Source of the DNA: Pseudovirgaria hyperparasitica
Lineage: Eukaryota
Length of the DNA: 64,000 nucleotides
Reading direction: 5' to 3' (one strand)
Assembly (NCBI GenBank): GCA_010093815.1
Contig: ML996567.1
Below are positions 1 through 11,478 of the stretch, one piece after another. Each line of letters begins with the position of its first letter. The stretch's first letter is position 1. The notes below the pieces were generated by a model. The model was not told where the DNA came from and made no database searches. It saw only the letters and a program-made list of their open reading frames with translations. The translations under genes were made by a program, and so were the position numbers.

Positions 1-239
1 CAAATATGTGCAATTCGTGACAGATGCAGTAAACAGCCAAGGGACATATTGAATACCTTCAAACGACTTGCCGTTCCAGGCTCCATGACATGCCTCACAT
101 CCTTGACCAACTGGCTCACGCTACTCCCGACCTCGCCAGCGCCAATGCGAATCACCATGCTCTTTGGTGCGCCGTCGCCTGCCTTCTTCAAGCCCCCGTT
201 AGCCGGGGTCATGGTGCGCTTTTTCCTGCGTTCCGGCAT
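1..239 (-). CDS. SSF1: Ribosome biogenesis protein Ssf1/Peter Pan (Brix domain), 5' part only: exon 1 is 239..57, then an intron runs off the window edge
   Basis: Not in the ORF track. The minus strand from ATG 239 reads MPERRKKRT...PKSMVIRIGAGEVGSSVSQLVKDVRHVMEPGTASRLK (61 codons), followed by a GTATTC donor at 56..51. PKSMVIRIG...QLVKDVR..MEP.TA.RLK is the characteristic Ssf1 N-terminal Brix segment. Confidence 0.9.
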   Translation of the reverse strand, partial: MPERRKKRTMTPANGGLKKAGDGAPKSMVIRIGAGEVGSSVSQLVKDVRHVMEPGTASRLKVFNMSLGCLLHLSRIAHI

Positions 240-1518
240 TTTGGATATAATGCAATTTAGCTGTGTCGGTGGAAGACTCGGGTACAGTCTTGTGGTTGCG
301 CAAGTTTGAAACTTTTAGGATATTTTTGCGCACGGACTTTTGATGTCGGAGCGCTAGTGGAGAGGGAACCGACGTCGATTAGAGACCTTTGCCAGTCATC
401 TTCGCATCACATACTTTATCCTGCAAGGATTTTTTCGTTGGATTAGTCTGAATGTCTAAGAATACTTGACTATCATGGACAGCTCTGCGAGTCTTTCTAT
501 AATTTAATTTGTCCTTTAAGTATTTTTAAGAGCCCCTTTAGCATTTATACATTTCTAAAAAACCCCATTCAATTGTATTCTTAGTTGTTTTAGGAGTCTC
601 CACTAGCTAAATTCTATGCTCCTACAGTCCTCTCAGTATTCTTTATTTCCATGCATGAGCTGATCGCTCAATTGATTCTCATTTGAGTCACGACAGCCCA
701 GCAAATAAGCAGGTAAATGAAATCTCAACCGCATGGGCTCCTATCCTCCCTTGCAAAACTTCCTGATGAATGATCAACTCTGGATGGTAGCCAGACACCC
801 GAAGAGTCAGCTGTGCTTCTCAGGTGGACTCAGAGATAATGCGGTACGTTTCAAGTCTCATCAGAGCATCCATAACGACTTTCACGCATCATGATAAGTA
901 AGTATAGAAGCCGTCATTGAGGCTGTATGCCAAAAGCACCAATTCATAAAAGCGAGTGCGCGTGGACCGAAATCTTGAAACTTGGCGGACGATGATGAGT
1001 AACGCTTCATCTACACATTCCCTCAAACCGGGTCATCACACGAAGGAATTCATGAGTGTTCTTGAATCGAGTGGGATACCCGTTGAGTACACAGACCACT
1101 GACGGGATTGGACCAGCTTTGGAAAGTATAGAGAATGAGACTGATCGCTTCTTGTGTTCCGCAAGGAGGACATCATCTTTGGATTAGGTATCCTTAATTC
1201 ACTTTGACGTCGTGGCCATGGGTCCGCGTGGTACGACCAGTCCATCTGACGTGCCTCGCGTAAACAAGGCTCAGGTAGGTGAAGTGAACTGTGACAACAC
1301 TTCATACTACACAATAAGGAGCAGATGTTGCATAATACAAGTCAAAACCATCACAATCCTGCCTCTCTGTTCGTCTCTCTTCTACTTCGTCATCTTCCCA
1401 CATCGTCCTGTAACCAACTCTAACTCGTGCTCGTTTCACGGTACCGCGTCATCAAACAACGTACAGTTCCAGTCTATCTCCTGTACTAGACATTATCTTT
1501 CTTACTTAGGGTAAAATA

Positions 1519-2362
1519 ATGGTGTAGTATATCACTCCAGATGTGAAGATCTGGCCGCTGACACATTATGTAGTCGAACCTTCACAACTTCAACACCTGG
1601 AACTGGCCTCCAGATGACTTGCCTGATACCCAGAACCCATCTCCCAACTCTGACGCTTTTAACACCTGGTCTGCTCTTCGCCAGTTGCTCAACGACGATA
1701 TGGGCGTCCCAGCTTCAACTCCCGTGAACCCCGACGCAGCCTCCACTGGTGAGAGCAGCAACACCAACCTCAATCAGAGCACCGAAGATACCATTGACGA
1801 CGAGGATAATCCCACCGCAACCGCTCTAGCAACCAAGTCTGATGACGCTGCCATGTCCGACGTCCAAGACGACCCCTACGCTCTCAAAGACAACTCCAGA
1901 GACAACAAGTACAAATTCCCAATTCCGTCCAACCCGCTCTGGATTGCCCGCACTGACTCCCCTGAGCCGCGTCTCAGCACGCTCAAGGCATGGCTCATCA
2001 CCACCGACATGGGCACCTTCAACATGACGCAGTACTCTCTCTTCATCCAGCTGTCCTTCTACGGCGCCGGCTGGATGTATCGTGTCGTCGGCGATCTCAA
2101 AGCCGACATGAAGTACGAGAACCTGCAGTGGGGCGTGCCGGGCAACGACATCGAAGTCAAGTGGCAGGAGTACCTGGGCACCGTGCAGGAGAAAGACTGG
2201 GAGGCGGGTAAAATCGACGAGGCATGTCGCAGTGTGCAGGTGCCGAAGAAGGCGTTCGATGCGCGTGGACGGCTTATTGATCCGGCAGTGCCGGTGAGGG
2301 GAAGCAGGGCGTGGACGAGGGAGGTGGTGGCCAAGTTGCGCGAAGACTATATCATCATGTAG
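1519..2362 (+). CDS. Hypothetical protein: acidic low-complexity N-terminus plus a C-terminal domain resembling the fungal DUF6540 (permuted papain-like) family
   Basis: ORF 1619..2362 has strong C/G third-position bias but starts at TTG. ATG 1519-1521 plus an intron 1522..1573 (GTGTAG...GCTGAC...TAG) joins in frame to SNLHNFNTWNWPPDDLPDTQ. The C-terminal pattern YRVVGD..ADMKYE...LGTV...IDEACRSVQVPKKAFD..GRLIDP.VPVRGSRAWT.EVV..L resembles that family as I recall it. Confidence 0.65.
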
Positions 2363-3633
2363 TTTCCTGGTCGCTGTCAGTGCGGAGAACTTGCTCGTAT
2401 GAGCGGATATGAACGGCCTGGACTGCTGGATATCTGTAGAATCAACTCCTCTCTATCGTTTGATGTGATTCTACCATATTGTCGTGCTTTAGTATAAAAA
2501 CCACAGTGTAACATGCCTTCGACCTTGGGCTCTACGGAGACCCATAAGTGCCGTACCGTGTACAAGTCTCCTTGAATTTGGACTGCTGCCTATCTGTCAG
2601 AACGATACCTCTCTGCCGCATGAAGTTGTTCCAGCTTGCACCTACGCTTCAATATGATGACCAGAATGCATCACAACCGCACCCCTTTCTCCACAACCGA
2701 TCACAAACACCACACAATTCAGAAAACATCATGGATCTAATACGTTGGCTACCAGTAGAAAGAGCTCTTCTCAAAGCCACATTGAAGTATAGTATCACGA
2801 GTTTACATCATCCCAAATCTCATTTTTCGCAACACTCCTCACCTCGGGAGCTCATACAGATAATCAGCACGTCGTGCAATCGCCACCGTACGCTCTGCTA
2901 GTCACAAATCCAGGAATAACCCTCCAGCACTCTAGAATGACCATCTAAATAGCAGTATCGGTCCACCATGAGTCCTTGTACGATCCCATCGATTCCAACG
3001 CCTAATCCTTCCCGAACGCGACCACATTCCGTACATACATACATGGCAGACCATATACCTACTCTCCCACACCTGATCTCTGGACTACGGGCGTGCGAAA
3101 CTAAGTCTGAAAGAAGAGACCCAGTGAAGAGTGGGGGGTAGACTTGGGGTGGGAAACAGAGGAATATGGAATTAGACAGACGCGAAATTCCAGCTAAGTA
3201 GTGTCTCTAGGGGAGGGTAAGAGACGTACACACGCAGATGAGTCGCAATAAATGACATGTGTGCCCGATTTATTACGATTGACGCTGTGGCCTGTATGGA
3301 ATTTTTTTAGATGTCAATAGGAACTAGCGAAAGATTAGCACGAAGTCCATGTGGGACCAAATCTGGATATACGGTGGTAACGGGACTTATGGAGTCGATG
3401 AGAGACATATGTGGGAGTAGATAGTGGTAGAGATGAAATGACTGGGTCGTCGTTGTATGGGCGTAAGCTCGAGATGCGTCGGGTGGAGAATGCTTCTGCT
3501 GCTAGAGAGAGGTTTTCGAGCTCGAGGCACGCTGCCAAAGTGATGATGAGAGTACCAAATGCCATGTTCATACAGAGACATCATTCCCAGAAAGTGACCA
3601 TCACACTCCTTTCAATTTGAAACTACGACAATT

Positions 3634-5104
3634 CTACCCCTCGTCCCTGTCCATAGCATCTCTCCCGCCACCTTTCCTTCTACCCCTCATAGCGGCGCCT
3701 TTTTTCCCTCTATCCTCATGTAGGGTCTTCATCTGGCGTACAGCCTCCCTCTGCGCCTCGCCGACTCGCTCACTCAACACCATGACCTCATCCTTTTCCA
3801 CCGTCGCCTGGGGCAATTTCTTGCCGAGTGCCATCTCAATGCGTTGGAACGGCTCGATGTCGTACTGAGTGACCAGCGTCACCGCCTTACCGCTCTTCCC
3901 TGCTCTGGCTGTGCGACCAACACGGTGCACGTAAGTCTCCGAGTCTTGCGGGAGGTCAAAGTTGACAACGAGGTCGACATTCTCAATGTCGAGACCACGT
4001 GCGGCGACGTCGGTAGCGACAAGGATATCACGCCCTCGTGAGCGAAATTTGTTGAGTGATGCGAGACGGGCGGATTGGGACATTTGACCGTGAAGCGGGA
4101 TTGCTGAGATGCCAAGTGAGCGCAGTAGGATGGAAATACGATGGGCTTCGTTGACGGTCCGAGTAAACACGATTGCGGTATGTCCGATAGCCTCTGAGAG
4201 CATATGAACGAGGTAGAGATCTTTATACTTGTGTGGAATGAGGTTCCAGTACTGGAGTAGTGTTTCGACGGTCTGATGTGAAGATTTTGAGATCGATACT
4301 TTGATGGGATTATGTAGGGATGCGCGCTGGAGTTGCTCGACTTTGGACGACATGGTTGCACTGAAGAGATATGTATGGCGACCTTCTCTTGGAAGAACCT
4401 TCAATATCTTGTCTAGGATAGGGCCGAAGTCGAGGTCGAGGAGGCGGTCTGCTTCGTCCATGACAAGGTACTTAAGATTCTTAAGGGAAAAGCCGCGGGT
4501 ATTCTCTAAATGATCTAGAAGTCTACCAGGCGTCGCGACGATGATGTGTGGTTTCTTGCCTAGTGCAATAGACTGTGCCATCATATCCATGCCTCCGACC
4601 AAGACAGCGCATTTTACATTTATGAGAGATCCCAGCGCGGTGAAAGCCTTCTCTATTTGGTATGCGAGTTCGCGAGTCGGCGCAAGAACAAGCCCGAAAA
4701 AGGACTGTTGCTTGTCGAGGAGATCTTGTAGTATCGGAAGAGCAAATGCAGCGGTCTTCCCACTGCCCGTCTCTGCCAGTCCCACGATATCGCGACCTTG
4801 AAGCGCTACTGGAATTGACTCAGATTGAATTCTGTGATATGGTTAGTCCTGCGGAGCGCACATCTGGAAGGTATGTGACTTACGGCGTAGGGTGTTTGTA
4901 CCCCAGTGCTACGCAAGCTTCGCATAGTGAATCAATCACTCCCAGGTCTTCGAACGTTTTCTTCGCCACAGGCGCAGGCTCGTCTGGTACTGGTGTTGGA
5001 GACTTCGCAGGTTTTGAGGCGTGGGTCGATTCTTCAATCTTTGCAACCTTAGTCTTAGGCGCAGAGCCATCGCGCTCGCGCTTTCGCTTCTTCTCCGTGG
5101 ACAT
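3634..5104 (-). CDS. RRP3: DEAD-box RNA helicase Rrp3/DDX47; exons 5104..4884, 4831..3634
   Basis: Q motif (GYKHPTPIQ across the intron), [26 protein letters not shown] and [10 protein letters not shown] motifs. [24 protein letters not shown] is typical of Rrp3. Intron GTAAGT...CTAAC...CAG. Confidence 0.93.
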
Positions 5105-5506
5105 GTTCAATTGGTGAGGGTGATGGTAGAGCAGAGGAAAAGTGATATCCACCCATGATTGTGGAGGTTACACTAACTACATTTAGAAGGCGGTGAATAT
5201 GTCCGACCGCATGGTTTTCGCTTGTGGCAGAACTTGCTGCATGTGGGGCTGCATAATGGAGCTAAGAGATATGGTCGTCACCAATCAGCGTGCGAACCTC
5301 ATCGTTGCATCAACAAAGCTCTGCAACAACGTGATTTGTATCCGGTCGTCATTCCCATCACAGGCGTATAGTCGTAGCAGATTTTAGTGCTGAACTTGTG
5401 TATGTGCCCTCAACCGCCATATCTATGGAATTTCTACTAAACTTCTACAAACTCTACGACAAGGCGAAGGTAATCAAAACGCTACAGGAATTGTATCACG
5501 AGGGGT

Positions 5507-8028
5507 CTAGGAGATGGCTCCTCTCTTACGCCCACTGAGTGTATCAACAATCTCGTTGTAGTCTTTCCAGAATTCTTCTTTCGGCCTTCTAGCCTTCCAA
5601 TCAGTTTCAAAACGCTCGACGCTTTCCATTGGAGAAAGCTTGACTTGTGCACCTCTAATACCGATTACGACAGTGCTCGCGGGATCGTTGTCAATTTCAT
5701 CTTTGGTCTTTCCAAACCAACCTTCCAGATGCTGGATCGAGCGAACTCCGAATCGAGCGGCGCGGCAGCGATCCATTGGTGAAGGTGTTGTACCTTGCTG
5801 GAAGTGGCCCGGGACAGCGTAACGGGCTTCGAAGCGGCCATTTGCTTCGTTCCGGATCATATTGGCAATGATTTCGGTCGTGTACTGATGTGTCGTAAGC
5901 AATTATATGCAAGCAAGCGCAAGCGACCAGAGATACTTACACAATCTGATGCCTTTTCATTACGGAGAATGATCTTTCCAGCCCTGCTTTGACCTCTATC
6001 CTTCGCAAATGTCTCCCGGAGTAAATCAATATCTTTGTCCAACATTTTTATGTTGATTCCCTCTTCTACAAGAAGCATTAGTCCTGGGGTCAGCAGGGCA
6101 GTCAATGCACTTACCTGGGGTATACACGGCAACAGCACCAATCGATAGACCTGCTACTGTCGCAATGTAACCACTGTAGCCACCTTGAGTCTCAACAACA
6201 AAAACTCGTCGCCTGGATGAAGAAGCTGACTGTCGACATGCATCACAGTATTGAATTAACGCGTTCAAGCAAGTATCACTACCAATCGAATACTCTGTGC
6301 CAGGTACGTTGTTACTGACGGTCGCCGGAAGAACGATCATGGGAATCTTAAAGGAGCTGTAGTGTGGGCGACCCTGGCGAAGCTCACTAACTGCGGTGAA
6401 AGCCTCAAATCCACCGACGACGAATAGACCCTGAATGTTGTACTTTTTGAAGCAAAAAGCAACCGTCTCCAGATCTTCCGAGGGTAAGCTACGGTTGGTA
6501 CCAATTTCAGAGCCTCCTTTACTAGCCCACGACTCGGCGTCCAGCCAGCTGATTTCTCGCACGGAACCAAGAGGCTTGTCATCGTGATGACGGATGAGAC
6601 CAGGGAATCCATTGTGAAGAGCAATGGGCGTGTGGCCTCGAGCCAAGCAATACGCTACTGCCGCTCGAGTTGCTGCATTCATACCACCAGCCGGCGCACC
6701 GACATGGATGATGCCGACTCGCATGCGCTTCTCTTCGGGTAGTAACATCTCTGGCTTTTCGGTGGAAGTGGTAATCTTATAGGCGTTGTAGTATTCTGTG
6801 AACTCGGCGTCTCGTAATTGCATTGCTTTGTCAAATTCCTTTCTCTCTATGCATTTTGCAACTTCCTTGGTTTGAGCAACGGCCTCAAGGAGTGATCGAC
6901 GCACAATTTTGTTCCTTGGGTTGCGTTAGCATGACAATTTCATCGAATAAAAGTTGTATGACTTACTCAACAATACAGATGACTGGACTGGGAATCCCCG
7001 GTTCGGCATCCAAAACAGCATTGACAGCCTCAGCTCCTTGTAATGTTGAAAGCATTCGGTCGTAAGCGCAAGCTTGTCCTCCACGCTGGACGTGTCCAAG
7101 AGTAGTGATCCTGGTATCAAGTTTCAACTTATCACCAGCAAGGAGATCCTTGACTTTGCTGACTTTAATAGGCTGAAGGTTGCAGTCGTGGGCTCCTTCA
7201 GCAACAATGACGATAGTCTTTCTCTTCCCAAGACTTCTATGCTTCTTGACTATACTGGCAAGATCTTCTTCCCAATTCTCTGGTGGTGGCTTCTCAGGCA
7301 TAAAAACATAATCTGCACCAGTACTGACTCCAGCCATCAATGCGAGCCAGCCACAATGTCTACCCATGACTTCGATAACGAATGCACGTTGGTGTGACTG
7401 CGCAGTCGCATCTATGTGATTCAGCAGAATGCATGATCAAGGCCCGATTCCGCTTACCGATATAGTCCACGGATTCACAAATGCGCTGCAAAGAAGAATA
7501 GCACCCAATGGTAGCATCGGTCATGGATAAGTCATTGTCGATACTGCCGACAAGTCCGACGATGTTCAGCTGCCTGAAAGGAGCCACTTGCTCAACAGTC
7601 AATTGCTTCTTTTGTACAAGTTCCTCCATGAGTCCTGGCCACTCGGCGCGAAACTTATCCGCACCAGTAAGACTGCCGTCGCCTCCGCAGATGATGAGCG
7701 CGTCAATCCCGTTCATAATCATGTTCTTCGCCGCGGTCAGTCGTCCTGGTCGTTCCATGAAGGCCATACACCGTGCGGTACCGATCAGAGTGCCGCCCTC
7801 TGACAGAAAACCTCGAACGTCCTCCCATTTCATGGGCTTGATCATGTCACCGCCCTGCACTAAGCCTTCATAGCCCTCGTAAACACAGTATGCTTCGCAC
7901 CCCTTGGCTATGGCCATTCTCACACAAGCTCTTACTGCGCCATTCATGCCAGGGGAGTCACCGCCACTGGTCATGATGGCAATCCTCCTCTTCTTGCCCT
8001 CGAGAGGGGCTGGTAGTGTTGGTGCCAT
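5507..8028 (-). CDS. pfkA: ATP-dependent 6-phosphofructokinase; exons 8028..7458, 7411..6967, 6914..6115, 6065..5941, 5884..5507
   Basis: [42 protein letters not shown] and LGHVQRGG in the N-half; [10 protein letters not shown] and [11 protein letters not shown] in the C-half. Four introns restore the frame exactly. Confidence 0.96.
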
Positions 8029-9114
8029 GATTAGGGCTTGATTGTCGGATTGCGTGACTGAGCGAGGTATTTATATATAAGAAGCTGCGCACTGACTGGA
8101 CTTTGCTTGGCCTATAGCCAGCAACAGCAACAGTCGGTCTTGGAACTCTTGCGCGACAAGTTGGCGTCGGGGAGCGGAGAGAACTATTTGGGAGTAGCGT
8201 GGAGAGGAAACCTGAGTGATTAAAGCTTCGAAGACAGACGAAGGAGAGTAGGGACAGAACCTCAAGGGCGTGGCTAGGAGGGAGCAGTAGACTGAAGGTA
8301 GAGAAGAAGTCGAGAAAGGTCAATGGGATGGGAATAGTTGTACGATAAGGAAAAAGTAACACTTGGGACTTGGTGGGATGTTTGGAGCTGTTACGTCGGT
8401 CTTACTAGTCGGTAGCGGGGTCCACAGCGGCAGGGTTAGTCCTGTTCCTGCGTAGTCTGCGTCCTAGTCGGCGTAGCGTTTCGAGACATTCCCCTTCCTT
8501 TGTTCTCAGCCTCATTTCTGCCTGATATACTACACTTTATGCCTTAGTCGCCATGACGTGTTTTTCGTCTTCTATCCCACTCCCACTCTCCTGCTGGTGT
8601 GAATATCATGATTACCGTCGGCACTCTCTTGGGTTGAATGTCTTTCAACACCCTCTCGTATTGTGGTCTTCTTTCTAGCACCGTTTCTCGTTCCTTGGCT
8701 TACGAATTTATATGAACTATACCATCGGCCACACCTGAACCGTCTCAAGAGCATCTACCATACCAGTCAGATACCAGCATATTCAGCAGCCTTACGCCCA
8801 CGAGGACTCGGGATTGGACACAATCATGCAACATACGATGATTGCTATGATTGGCGGGCGTTCCCTTTGCACCGCCACTCACCAGCCATGTTTCGGACTT
8901 CCGTTTCGTAAGGCTGCTACATTTGCCATGTCGAGGGCTACAATGCAATAACGCGTTGAGGGTACTCGTATAATATATTTGAGTCCGGACTCGCACTGAT
9001 CTGATCTGAAGAAACGATGTCTATCATTGTCGCTACAGCGACGTCAAATACACAACCCTGCAGAATACACCTAAGCGCCAGCCTCGCTAATGTTAAGAAA
9101 ATCAGCAAATGGCC

Positions 9115-10167
9115 TCATGAAATAATGGCGATATCTGGAACATCTTTGTCATGTGCACCAAGTCTCAAGTCCTTCACAAACTCTTTCCAGCTCTCTCCAC
9201 CTCGCTTCGCCAATTCCTCTGGCGCCTCCGTGTCGGCATCACTCATTCTTCTGTTGAAGAGTTCTGCGCTGACCCAACCGTCGTATCCCAAGCCATGAAT
9301 TATGGCATCCGATATCTCCTTGACAGGTAGATATGCACCTCGATCTTGTTCGCCATAGAAGAGGCGACAGTTTCTCGACCAGCTCATACGTGCTGGCTGT
9401 TCCGGATTGTAAAATTGGTGGCCCTCAATCAGGGGTTCGGGCAGCCTTTCGGCGTTGGCGACCTGCACCAGGAATACCTTCTCTGTTGTCACAGTCGCGA
9501 TAAGTTCTGAGATGGTCTTTTTAATGGCCTCTTCCGCATCAGTCGTGCAGCCTGTCACCGCCGCGGGATCAGCAAAGACACGTCCAGCAATGTTGAATGT
9601 GTCCAAGCAGATACCAAAGTTGGCTCTGTCGACCCTTTTGACAATGTCCCAGCATTTGTCCCACGTGTCAATATACGTTCCCCAGGCCAAGCTTTCATAT
9701 GAAAACCGGATCGGTGGTGATACGTCTGCGCCCAAGTCTGCGACTTCAACCAGGTCTGCAACAATTACATCTAGATCAGATGTGATCTCTTCTGTAGGCA
9801 AGAAATTCGAAGGTATGAGAATCTGATCTGTCCCCAGGGTTTTCGCAAGCTTTAACCACAGCTTCATCTCCTCGATCCTCTCCTTGTGCTTTTCTCGGTC
9901 CTTCAACCCCTCGTAATGCATGAACGGTTGCAGGCATATCACCTTCAGATCTCTTTCATCGCATAGTTTCCGTATCTCGCGCGCCGCTACGAGTCTGTTC
10001 TCCGGCACGTTGCCTCCTGGCAAGGACTTCGCGCAGAACTCCAAGTCCTCGTAGAAGATTTCGATACCCTTGAAGCCGTATTTGGCAGCCATGTCTAGCT
10101 TGTGAGGCAGTTCGTGCACCCATGCCCGGCCAAGGGACATGGAGGAAATTGCTGGCCCGAAACACAT
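9115..10167 (-). CDS. 3-dehydroshikimate dehydratase-like protein (qa-4/QutC family, xylose-isomerase-like TIM barrel)
   Basis: Intronless ORF. AISSMSLGRAW...KLDMAAKYGFKGIEIFYEDL, LQPFMHYEG, YESLAWG, GICLDTFNIAG, PARMSWSRNCRLF and GWVSAELF match the fungal qa-4/qutC pattern. Likely start is MCFGPAISS (ATG 10167). Confidence 0.8.
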   Translation of the reverse strand: MCFGPAISSMSLGRAWVHELPHKLDMAAKYGFKGIEIFYEDLEFCAKSLPGGNVPENRLVAAREIRKLCDERDLKVICLQPFMHYEGLKDREKHKERIEEMKLWLKLAKTLGTDQILIPSNFLPTEEITSDLDVIVADLVEVADLGADVSPPIRFSYESLAWGTYIDTWDKCWDIVKRVDRANFGICLDTFNIAGRVFADPAAVTGCTTDAEEAIKKTISELIATVTTEKVFLVQVANAERLPEPLIEGHQFYNPEQPARMSWSRNCRLFYGEQDRGAYLPVKEISDAIIHGLGYDGWVSAELFNRRMSDADTEAPEELAKRGGESWKEFVKDLRLGAHDKDVPDIAIIS

Positions 10168-11478
10168 GGTTGCTGGAAATCTGGATGAGAATCGGATGTC
10201 CACCACGAATAGTCGTGATTTATGCTCTGGAGGGTCTGTGCGATGTGATCAGCCCGCAGCTCAACAATCAGCCAGCCACAAGGCTCAACACATCAAAAAA
10301 ATCGAGATCATGATCCAATTGCGGATCACCGCATCTCTGAGCCAACGTGCAAAAAGCGCACAATAACAACCTGATGCACACGTACCTGTTGTTCCTGCGT
10401 AACTGTCTGTCCTGGGCCCTATTCTATGACCACTCGAAACGTTTTGATCAAACGTTATGACCCGAAACTCAGATCTTTCTTCACAATGACCAGTATATCG
10501 TCCAGCAGCACTAACAAATCCCCCGTGCCTCTTGTATCTGTCGTCGAACCCTATCCCTCTAAAGTGCTATCACCAGTTGCCTCTTTTGATAGGCTAGAAG
10601 CCCAGAGCTCTGTTATGTGCACAGCACAAAACGTTCGGAAAAATAAATCGCGCGCAATTAAGTCGTCGTCCGCTGATCCTGTCATAAAATCACGCAACAC
10701 CTTTCGACTTCAGAAATATATATGAATATATCTCCCCTGAAGAAAAAGAGATCTGCAAAATGTATAGTCCCATCGCCTGCCAGCAAGCACCCACACCAAT
10801 ATATATTAAGCCACCTCTCCATCATAGCATATCCCAAATGCCGGCATACAAGCCACGCTAAAGCCCAATTGAGCCTAGTCCCGCTGGTAAACTACCGCTT
10901 TGGATCTGAGAGGATGCCCGCCGATTGGTGCGTTGGGCGCGGGCAGAAGACCGCGTTCTAGTCGAGACCCTTGGGGGGGAACTCGTAGGCATCGCGGATA
11001 CGTCAGGAAAGCCGCGGTCTGTGTTGTAGATTCTACATTGCTGTTGTGTATTATCGCGTGGTTTGGAGTGTCGGGTTAACGGTTCGGCAGTTGGGAGTTT
11101 GGGGCACCGAGGGAGGGTTTATTGTGATAAGTGGTGGTGGAGAACGTCATGGAGAATTTGATTTTGTTTTGATTTGTTATATATATAGCTTTGGTACTTT
11201 AGTACTGTAAGCTGCGTCACGATAGCGCTTGATGTTCTGTGAAGCGTCGTATTACTGCGTTGTAAAGACTGTGAGGCGTACTTATTGCTCGTATCGTCGC
11301 CTGGTTACGACTATGACAGACTAGTATCATAATTCATGAATGCCACCATTCCCCCCGGATGTGGTCTTATACTCTCTCCGCCGCCTGGACAAGGCTGTCC
11401 TCGGGACTTGGTCTCCGATCCACTCTCCCAATCTGTCCGGCATGCCTGCACGACTCTCCCCATTCTCCGCTTGACGGC

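Noticed and set aside
990..1145. Possible box C/D snoRNA (ATGATGA ... CTGA)
   Set aside because: I could not identify an rRNA-complementary guide or terminal stem, and such short boxes occur by chance. An Infernal/snoscan run would be needed.
5507..8028. Cryptic peroxisomal isoform of PFK by stop-codon readthrough
   Set aside because: The stop is TAG without the TGA-CTA readthrough context, and none of the other stops I inspected had that context.
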